From positions 2,741 to 64,408 of the forward strand of contig JAVHPP010000003.1 in assembly GCA_036170655.1 (NCBI GenBank): a stretch of 61,668 bases of DNA. Direction: 5' to 3'. This document shows, piece after piece, positions 55,630-61,668 of this stretch. This DNA comes from Candidatus Zixiibacteriota bacterium. GTDB taxonomy: Bacteria > Zixibacteria > MSB-5A5 > WJJR01. Within the stretch, counting starts at the first letter, position 1; every line of letters begins with the position of its first letter. A program made the translations under genes and the position numbers. Under the pieces are notes generated by a model, which was not told the DNA's origin, searched no databases, and worked only from the letters and a program-made list of their open reading frames with translations.

Positions 55630-57525
55630 ATGCGCGTGACCGCGCACCGTCGCTTGCTGGCTGGATTTCTCTCCCTGCTTGTGTCGCAAAGCGCGTTAGC
55701 GGCCACGAAGAAAGACGCAACCCTGCCGAAGTCGCCCCCGACAATCACTGTCATCTACCCAAGGCCGAAGCAGTCGATCGGTCCGGTCGATTCCATGTTC
55801 ATCCTTGGTTCGGTGACACCGGGCGCCAAACTCACCGTCAACGGGGTCAAGGTGTTCGTCTACCGGACCGGCGGATTCCTCGCCTTCGTGCCGGTCCATC
55901 CGGGACAGTTCGTCTTTCGGCTGAAGGCGTCGAACCAGCGTGGAAACGACACACTGTCACTTCCAGTGCAGATCGCCGACGTGAGGCCCATACCGTCTGA
56001 CAGCGGCGCGATGATCAGGAAGGAAACAATCCGTCCGATGTGGCGCAGGACCGTGCGCGCCGGTGACGACATCAGCGTGGGATTCGATGGCACAGCGGGT
56101 GGGGCTGCCTTCTTCCGCGTCCTTTCGCCCACGGATACCCTCGGCCCCTATGCGATGACCGAACTCCGGCCGGAAAATCTCTCCGATTTCGCTGCATTCC
56201 AGCAGGATGACCGGTCACAAGACTCTTTGCCAGAGATCGTCCCGAAGCCGCCGTCACGTGGCCGATACCACGGCATTTGGCGGGTGCCGGACGTCGTGAC
56301 GTCTGACTCGCTGCGCATCGCCGTCGAGCTCCATCGCGGGCATGGGACGGGAACACACGAATCTGACTCGGTGGCGTTCGCCACGGCGCCGGGTGCGCTC
56401 CGGCCGGTCGACGCCGATTCTCCCCGTGTGGTCGAGCTGCTCGACAGCGTGCAGATTCTTCGTCTCGGTCCGCGCATGGGTTATTTGTCGATCTTTCAAC
56501 CCTATGGTGTCCGTGCGCGTTGGTGGGGAGAGGCCGGGCCATGGACAATTATTCAACCGGCGCCCGGGTACGAAGCGTGGATTGAGACCGCCAAGACGCG
56601 CCTACTGCCCGACGGGACCCCGCTGCCCGGCTCGTCAATCGAGCGGATTGCAACCAAGGCCGCGCCCTCTGGCGGGGGAGCGGTCGAACTGGTCATCGGC
56701 ACTTCCGAGCGACTTCCCTTCAAGATCACCGTCGATGATGATCTGGTCAGCATGCACCTCCTGATCTTTGGCGCGACGTCGAACACCGATTGGATCGAGC
56801 AGGACCCCAAGGACGACTTGATCGATCACATTTCCTGGACCCAGATTCAGCCCCAGGTCTATGAGGTCGATGCGCATCTGAAACTGCCGGTCTGGGGGTA
56901 CGATGCGCATTACGAGGACACGCGACTCGTGGTCCGTTTCCGGCGTCCTCCTGTCGTGCGCAAGGGGCTCAAAGGGCTTACGATCGTTGTCGATGCCGGC
57001 CATTCCGCCGACCCGGGGGCCATCGGTCCAACCGGACTGATGGAAAAAGATGCCAACCTGCAACTCGCCTTGGCGGTACGGGATGTGCTCCAGGCACGCG
57101 GCGCACGGGTTGTCATGACCCGTTCAGGCAACGAAAACGTTCCGCTGTATGATCGTCCTGTCCGTGCCTTGGCGGGTGGTGGCGACATCTTTGTTTCCAT
57201 CCACAACAACGCCTCTCCCGATGGGATCAATCCACTGATTCACAACGGGAGTGCCGTCTACTACTATCACCCGTTTTCCCGCGACCTGGCCGAGAGCGTC
57301 CATCGGCGTCTTTTACCGGCGACCCATCTTGACGACTTCGGCTTGACACAGGGCAACTTCGCTGTCATCCGTCCCACACAGTACCCGGCGATTCTCGTGG
57401 AGTGCACCTTCATCATCGTGCCGGAGCAAGAGGAACTCCTCACGCAGCGCGCCTTCATCAAACGTACCGCTCGTGGAATCGCCGATGGGATTGGTGACTT
57501 CATTCGTGGCCGTCTGAGCCAGTAA
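55630..57525 (+). CDS. N-acetylmuramoyl-L-alanine amidase (Amidase_3) with a long N-terminal extension
   Basis: The start was placed downstream of the terminator (MRVTAHRRLLAGFLSLLVSQSALA signal). C-terminal IVVDAGHSADPGAIGP...FVSIHNNA...AILVECTFI. An alternative ATG lies at 55579. Confidence 0.8.
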   Translation: MRVTAHRRLLAGFLSLLVSQSALAATKKDATLPKSPPTITVIYPRPKQSIGPVDSMFILGSVTPGAKLTVNGVKVFVYRTGGFLAFVPVHPGQFVFRLKASNQRGNDTLSLPVQIADVRPIPSDSGAMIRKETIRPMWRRTVRAGDDISVGFDGTAGGAAFFRVLSPTDTLGPYAMTELRPENLSDFAAFQQDDRSQDSLPEIVPKPPSRGRYHGIWRVPDVVTSDSLRIAVELHRGHGTGTHESDSVAFATAPGALRPVDADSPRVVELLDSVQILRLGPRMGYLSIFQPYGVRARWWGEAGPWTIIQPAPGYEAWIETAKTRLLPDGTPLPGSSIERIATKAAPSGGGAVELVIGTSERLPFKITVDDDLVSMHLLIFGATSNTDWIEQDPKDDLIDHISWTQIQPQVYEVDAHLKLPVWGYDAHYEDTRLVVRFRRPPVVRKGLKGLTIVVDAGHSADPGAIGPTGLMEKDANLQLALAVRDVLQARGARVVMTRSGNENVPLYDRPVRALAGGGDIFVSIHNNASPDGINPLIHNGSAVYYYHPFSRDLAESVHRRLLPATHLDDFGLTQGNFAVIRPTQYPAILVECTFIIVPEQEELLTQRAFIKRTARGIADGIGDFIRGRLSQ

Positions 57526-57531
57526 CCACGC

Positions 57532-58365
57532 TCAGCCCTTGACCGCGCCAGCCGTGATTCCGGCGACGATCTGCCGCTGGAAGATCACGAACACAATCAC
57601 GACGGGCAGTGTGGCCAGTGTGGCGGCAGCAAACAGGTGGGGTAGGTCGACCGATTGGTACCCGCGAAACATCGCCAGCGCAACCGGCAATGTCCGTACA
57701 TGGGTGTCGGTCAGGATAAAGGGAAAGAGGAACGCGTTCCATGTCAGCCAGAAAACCTGCACCGCCAGCACGGCCAGCGCGGGACGGCAGATCGGCAGGA
57801 CGATCCGATAGACAATGCGCCACGGCCCGGCGCCATCCATCCGCGCCGCCTCCTCGATCTCGATTGGCACCGCCGCCACGGCCCCTTTGATCAGCAGGAT
57901 CCCCAAGGGGCTGACCATCACCGGTAGCGTGAGCGCCCACAATGTGTCGTACCAGCCCAGTCGATGAACAAGAATGAACATGGGAACGATCAGCACGTAT
58001 TGAGGAACCATCAGCACCAGCGCCGCCGCCGCATAGAGCAGGCCGCGCCCGCGAAACCGGTACCGTGCCAGCGCATACCCGACCGGGAAGCACAGGACGA
58101 CGTTCCCCAACGTGACAATCGCTGCCACGACTGCCGATGTCATCAGATATTTCCCAAAGGGCATGGAGGCGAAGAGGTCGCGGTAATTGCCCCAGACAGG
58201 TTTCTCCACGAGCGGATTGAACCACCCGGCATTCCATCGTGGTGAGACTGATCCCACAATCATCCAGATGAAGGGAAACAGCATTCCCAGCAAGGCGATG
58301 AAGAGGACAACCGAGAGAAATCGCCTGCTTCGGTTCGATTGCCTATCGTGATTTGCCAGCGCCAT
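57532..58365 (-). CDS. carbohydrate ABC transporter permease (MalG/UgpE-like)
   Basis: EAA-type loop EEAARMDGAGPWRIVYRIVLP and six TM segments. An alternative TTG start lies at 58413. Confidence 0.8.
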   Translation of the reverse strand: MALANHDRQSNRSRRFLSVVLFIALLGMLFPFIWMIVGSVSPRWNAGWFNPLVEKPVWGNYRDLFASMPFGKYLMTSAVVAAIVTLGNVVLCFPVGYALARYRFRGRGLLYAAAALVLMVPQYVLIVPMFILVHRLGWYDTLWALTLPVMVSPLGILLIKGAVAAVPIEIEEAARMDGAGPWRIVYRIVLPICRPALAVLAVQVFWLTWNAFLFPFILTDTHVRTLPVALAMFRGYQSVDLPHLFAAATLATLPVVIVFVIFQRQIVAGITAGAVKG

Positions 58366-58390
58366 GTGGGTGCGCAATGGATCGCGCGTC

Positions 58391-59269
58391 CTATTCTTCC
58401 GCTCCACGGCCAAAGGCCAGGAGCTTGAACTGGATCAACGAAACAATCGCGATGATCACGAACAGCAGATAAGCGGCAGCCGAGGCGTACCCAAGATCGA
58501 AGCGCTCAAAAGCCGCTGTGTAGACATGGTAAACTGACGTGGTGGTCGATCCCACGGGCCCCCCCTGAGTCATCACAAAGATCTCCGTGAAGATTTGGAG
58601 ACTCTTGATCAAGTTGATCACTAAGGCATAAAGCAGCGTCGGTCTCAGGTACGGCCAGGTGATGGCGCGAAACTGTTGCCATCCGGTGGCCCCATGCAGA
58701 GAAGCATCCTCGACCAATTCGCGCGGAATCGTCTGCAATCCGGCCAGAAAGAGGAGCGCGTAGTATCCGATCGATACCCATACATCCATCAGCATGACAC
58801 TGAGCAGCGCCGTTGATTCCGACAGGAGAAAACTCTGAGGTGGAACGCTGAATCCAAGCCAACCGGCCAATTGATACAGATACCCCTGCTGGCTGTACAG
58901 GTGGATGAAAACCAGCGAAGTGACCACCGTGGCGGTCAGGGTCGGGGCGAAGAACCCGGCACGGAAAAGGGCGCGTCCCCAGATCCTCTGATTAAGCGCC
59001 AGCGCCAGCACGAGCGCCAGCGCCGTGGTGACAGGGACCGTTCCGGCAGTGAACAACACCGTATGCCACAGCGCCGTCCAGAATGCTCCGCTCTGCAGGA
59101 CCGCGCGAAAATTCGCCAGGCCGACCCATTCCCAACTGCCGCCGAATATATCGTATCGGGTGAACGACAATGCCAAGGCGTGCCCCAACGGGTACGCCCA
59201 GAACAGGGTGAGCGTGACCACCCACGGGGCGGCCATGAGCCAGCGCGTGACATTTCCCCGTGTGTTCAT
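58391..59269 (-). CDS. carbohydrate ABC transporter permease (MalF/UgpA-like)
   Basis: LVEDASLHGATGWQQFRAITWPYLRP EAA loop, six TM segments, ATG start. Confidence 0.85.
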   Translation of the reverse strand: MNTRGNVTRWLMAAPWVVTLTLFWAYPLGHALALSFTRYDIFGGSWEWVGLANFRAVLQSGAFWTALWHTVLFTAGTVPVTTALALVLALALNQRIWGRALFRAGFFAPTLTATVVTSLVFIHLYSQQGYLYQLAGWLGFSVPPQSFLLSESTALLSVMLMDVWVSIGYYALLFLAGLQTIPRELVEDASLHGATGWQQFRAITWPYLRPTLLYALVINLIKSLQIFTEIFVMTQGGPVGSTTTSVYHVYTAAFERFDLGYASAAAYLLFVIIAIVSLIQFKLLAFGRGAEE

Positions 59270-59334
59270 CCTGATGTCACGGCCACAGGTTCACGTTGCT
59301 GTCCTCGGGGACACGAGCGCCAGGGGCAACTGTG

Positions 59335-60663
59335 TTATTTCTTACTGGGCTGGGCGAGGATCTTGTCTATCCGCGCACAAGTCTGTTCGAGCGCTTCGGA
59401 GACAGTCAGTTTCTTGTAAAGGGCCTGCTCGACACCCCACTCCAACTCGGTTTCGATTTCGACCCAGCGAGGGTGGACCGGCGGCGCCTGGGATTGCTCC
59501 AGTTGCTGAACGAAGACCCGGCGCACAGAATCCTCAGCGAAGTACGGATTGGCGGCGACCGTCTTGTGCGATGGCGTTGCACACCCGGTGGCGATGCAAA
59601 GATTGAAAATGTTCTTCTCGTTGAGCAATTGTCTCGCCAGTTTGATCGCGCCCAGCGGCTGCCTGGCCCGGCGCGGTACGGTCAGGTATTCTCCGCCCGC
59701 AAAGGAAATCTGGCCGCCCTCGCCCACTGACGGATACGGCATGAGATGGGCTGAATACCTGACCGGCGATCCGGAGACCTTGATTCGTTCGTGCAACCAG
59801 TCGCCGGAGATGTGATACAACAGCCGGTTTTCCATAAACAATTCATCGAGCTGGGCCTGCTTTTCCATCAGCCCGTACTGGCTGAGATCGACTACAAACT
59901 GGAGTGCCGCGGCGCCTTCGGGCGAATTCAGCGCGCAGTGGCTGCCATCCGGCGTCAGAATCGAACCGCCACGGGACCACAGGTAGGGGAGAAACTTCTT
60001 GTACAGCCGGTGCTTTTCCGCCGCGTTGACGCCGTACCCGAAGATCTTCGGCTGAAGTTGGTTGGCCTTCTTGGCACGGCCCATCAACACGTCCCAAGTG
60101 AGCGGCGCATGGCCCGGCTGATCACCGATCGCGCTCACCAGTTCGTCGTTTTGGTACAGCACACGCGTGGAGAGATACCAGGGCAGCGCCCAGCACTTGT
60201 CTTGATAGATTGATGCGGGCCATCCGGCGTAAGTGTCGCGCAACTGCATGTACTCACTGGTCAGGTCCATCAGGGCCTGCGCATCCGCGAATTCGGCAAT
60301 CCAGTCGGACCCCAGCTCCAGCAGATCGGGTGCCTCTCCGCCCGCGAATGCCGCCACAATTTTCTGGTGGCCGTCATTCCATGTCAGATCGGTGATTTCG
60401 ACTTTGTACTCCGGGTTGGCGGTCTCAAAGTCCCCGGCGGCCTTGCCGATGACGGCTCTGGCCTTCGCCTCTGTCCAAAACTGCCAAAGACGGATGATCG
60501 TCCGTCCGTCGGGAGTCTTATCAGACTGGCTCCGGCTGCATCCCCCGATCAGGCCGCCAATGGCGGAGCCAATGAGAAGATAGAGAAGCCACTTGCGGTC
60601 GCTGACATGCGGGTGCCGACTCTTCACAGGGCTCAAACTGGGTTGGAGACGGGGACCTGTCAA
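59335..60663 (-). CDS. ABC transporter extracellular solute-binding lipoprotein (family 1, sugar-type)
   Basis: Lipobox LIGGC. The size (442 aa) and the operon with two sugar-type permeases fit. The only available start is TTG at 60663. Confidence 0.75.
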   Translation of the reverse strand: MTGPRLQPSLSPVKSRHPHVSDRKWLLYLLIGSAIGGLIGGCSRSQSDKTPDGRTIIRLWQFWTEAKARAVIGKAAGDFETANPEYKVEITDLTWNDGHQKIVAAFAGGEAPDLLELGSDWIAEFADAQALMDLTSEYMQLRDTYAGWPASIYQDKCWALPWYLSTRVLYQNDELVSAIGDQPGHAPLTWDVLMGRAKKANQLQPKIFGYGVNAAEKHRLYKKFLPYLWSRGGSILTPDGSHCALNSPEGAAALQFVVDLSQYGLMEKQAQLDELFMENRLLYHISGDWLHERIKVSGSPVRYSAHLMPYPSVGEGGQISFAGGEYLTVPRRARQPLGAIKLARQLLNEKNIFNLCIATGCATPSHKTVAANPYFAEDSVRRVFVQQLEQSQAPPVHPRWVEIETELEWGVEQALYKKLTVSEALEQTCARIDKILAQPSKK

Positions 60664-60739
60664 GACCGAAGCGGCTGTCTGGCCGGACTGCGATCAAACG
60701 CGGCCAGCCTGCGGACCGCCGAAAGGATACTTTTATTTC

Positions 60740-60768
60740 TTGATTGCGGGAGACCCCAGCCGTATATT
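60740..60768 (+). promoter_or_regulatory. candidate promoter of rpmB copy 1
   Basis: TTGATT, a 17-nt spacer, then TATATT, about 45 nt upstream of the ATG. A GGAG Shine-Dalgarno motif lies in the UTR. Confidence 0.45.
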
Positions 60769-61010
60769 ACCAATCCGGTCCCAGAATGGCCGAACATTCA
60801 CGGAGAATCCATCATGTCCAAATGTTGTCCCATTACCGGTAAACGCCCCCACATTGGCAATTCCGTTTCCCATGCTAACAACAGGACCAAGCGGCGCTTT
60901 AACCCCAACCTGGTCTCCAAGCGTGTGTGGAACCCAGAGGAGAAGCGTTGGGTGCGTATGCGCATTTCCGCCAAAGCCCTCAAGACGCTCGACAAAAAGG
61001 GCTGGGTGCG
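60761..61010 (+). repeat. direct repeat unit A (rpmB -10 box, 5' UTR and CDS)
   Basis: Identical to 61312-61561 apart from one mismatch at 60769 versus 61320. Confidence 0.95.
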
Positions 61011-61014
61011 GTAA
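60814..61014 (+). CDS. rpmB: 50S ribosomal protein L28, copy 1
   Basis: [39 protein letters not shown]... is a typical L28; 66 aa; TAA stop. Confidence 0.9.
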   Translation: MSKCCPITGKRPHIGNSVSHANNRTKRRFNPNLVSKRVWNPEEKRWVRMRISAKALKTLDKKGWVR

Positions 61015-61061
61015 ATCCGTACTGACCACAAGAGAATGATTTGAGGCCCCGCCAATCGGCT

Positions 61062-61216
61062 GGTGCCCCACCCGCAGGGTGGGATCTCATGGTGAGGCCT
61101 GGGACGAATTGGTTCGCTTCGACGATTCCGAAGAGCCCGGACACGCAATGTGAGGTCGTCGTGGATTCGCAACTGTGCAGAGTGAACGATCCTTCCCACC
61201 CTTCGGGTGGGGCACC
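61062..61216. repeat. 155-nt element bounded by perfect 12-nt inverted termini, each also part of a local GC hairpin
   Basis: GGTGCCCCACCC (61062-61073) is the reverse complement of GGGTGGGGCACC (61205-61216). Local hairpins CCCACCC-N3-GGGTGGG lie at 61067-61083 and 61195-61211. Confidence 0.7.
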
Positions 61217-61291
61217 TGGCGACGGTGACCATATCGGTACAGTCTAAATCGGCCTCCGGCCGACCGCGATTGGAAATCGCGGCCACGCGGT

Positions 61292-61319
61292 TTGACACAG
61301 CGGGCACCCGGCGTATATT
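61292..61319 (+). promoter_or_regulatory. candidate promoter of rpmB copy 2
   Basis: TTGACA, a 16-nt spacer, then TATATT. The -35 box lies outside the duplicated block and the -10 box inside it. Confidence 0.45.
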
Positions 61320-61561
61320 GCCAATCCGGTCCCAGAATGGCCGAACATTCACGGAGAATCCATCATGTCCAAATGTTGTCCCATTACCGGTAAACGCCCC
61401 CACATTGGCAATTCCGTTTCCCATGCTAACAACAGGACCAAGCGGCGCTTTAACCCCAACCTGGTCTCCAAGCGTGTGTGGAACCCAGAGGAGAAGCGTT
61501 GGGTGCGTATGCGCATTTCCGCCAAAGCCCTCAAGACGCTCGACAAAAAGGGCTGGGTGCG
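61312..61561 (+). repeat. direct repeat unit B (rpmB -10 box, 5' UTR and CDS)
   Basis: See unit A; the period is 551 nt. Confidence 0.95.
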
Positions 61562-61565
61562 TTAG
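61365..61565 (+). CDS. rpmB: 50S ribosomal protein L28, copy 2
   Basis: The protein is identical to copy 1. The last sense codon is CGT instead of CGG, and the stop is TAG. Confidence 0.9.
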   Translation: MSKCCPITGKRPHIGNSVSHANNRTKRRFNPNLVSKRVWNPEEKRWVRMRISAKALKTLDKKGWVR

Positions 61566-61591
61566 GGCCCACCACTTCAGAGAGAATCGCG

Positions 61592-61625
61592 AAAGGCCCC
61601 GCCCGATGACGGGGCCTTTCTCGTT
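61592..61625 (+). terminator. intrinsic terminator after rpmB copy 2
   Basis: AAAGGCCCCG-CCCGATGA-CGGGGCCTTT followed by a T-rich CTCGTTGTT tail. Confidence 0.75.
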
Positions 61626-61668
61626 GTTCACTCAGCAGTGGTAGGTTCGGGGAGAATGTGACAGGTGG

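Noticed and set aside
61041-61247. 68-aa + strand ORF inside the rpmB spacer
   Set aside because: It has a TTG start without an RBS and a Pro/Gly/Ser-rich composition. It overlaps the inverted-repeat structure and resembles no small ribosomal protein such as L33.
61015-61311. The spacer as SRP RNA, RNase P RNA, tmRNA or a tRNA
   Set aside because: The conserved SRP domain IV motif, the RNase P GGAAAGUCCGGGC-type P4 context and a tmRNA tag or tRNA-like end are all absent, and the length is wrong for RNase P or tmRNA. The minus strand contains GUCCGGGCUC, which resembles the P4 sequence, but without the surrounding conserved bases. Absence is judged by eye only; cmscan would be decisive.
60761-61561. 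The repeat pair as a diversity-generating retroelement template/variable repeat
   Set aside because: No reverse transcriptase is nearby, there is only one mismatch and it is not part of an adenine-specific pattern in coding sequence, and the repeats encode a ribosomal protein.
60814-61565. The rpmB pair as zinc-dependent (C+) and zinc-independent (C-) L28 paralogues under Zur control
   Set aside because: The two proteins are 100% identical, so they cannot be functional C+/C- alternatives. No Zur-box-like palindrome was seen.
60798-61631. 277-aa minus-strand ORF and the 145-148-aa + strand alternative-frame ORFs across the rpmB repeats
   Set aside because: They exist only because the repeated rpmB block keeps off-frames open twice. 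The translations are internally duplicated nonsense, whereas the L28 frame is clearly the real one.

Overview
This is a high-GC (about 60%), gene-dense bacterial chromosomal window with roughly 50 CDS, almost all on the + strand. Many genes are translationally coupled by ATGA or GTGATG overlaps. I found no rRNA, complete tRNA, CRISPR array, transposase, integrase or recognisable defence genes.

Gene content in order:
- Split glutamine-dependent NAD synthetase (nitrilase-like subunit plus nadE), then rsmI.
- An inositol-lipid-type locus: Aur1-like PAP2, lgt, CDP-alcohol phosphatidyltransferase, PfkB kinase, myo-inositol-1-phosphate synthase.
- tmk, an S41 protease, and a nucleotidyltransferase fused to a degenerate phosphomutase domain.
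- A ~13 kb surface-polysaccharide locus: Wza-like and Wzz-like proteins, a WbpB/D/E/I-like diacetamido-sugar module, a MurJ-family flippase, two GT4 glycosyltransferases and a CapD/PglF-like dehydratase.
- serS, then an adjacent PorY-like kinase and PorX-type (receiver-PglZ) regulator.
- tsaE-tsaB-rimI, accD-folC, trxA, OsmC, a rhomboid protease, a pseudo-receiver protein, dsbD, polA with a coupled secreted orphan, coaE, split transketolase and an aminotransferase.
- After a 600-nt non-coding leader, a TonB-dependent-receptor-like barrel, a 1053-aa protein with a type IX secretion (T9SS) C-terminal sorting domain, and PorV, followed by an amidase.
- A minus-strand sugar ABC importer without an ATPase.
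- Two sequence-identical rpmB copies separated by a strongly structured spacer.

PorX, PorV and the T9SS sorting domain point to an FCB-superphylum lineage. That placement is inference only.

The most interesting items are the receptor/cargo/PorV cassette, the rpmB duplication and its spacer element, the inositol locus, the pseudo-phosphomutase fusion, and the long G/C homopolymers in envelope genes. All protein calls rest on motif recognition by eye in the supplied translations. No database search was run.
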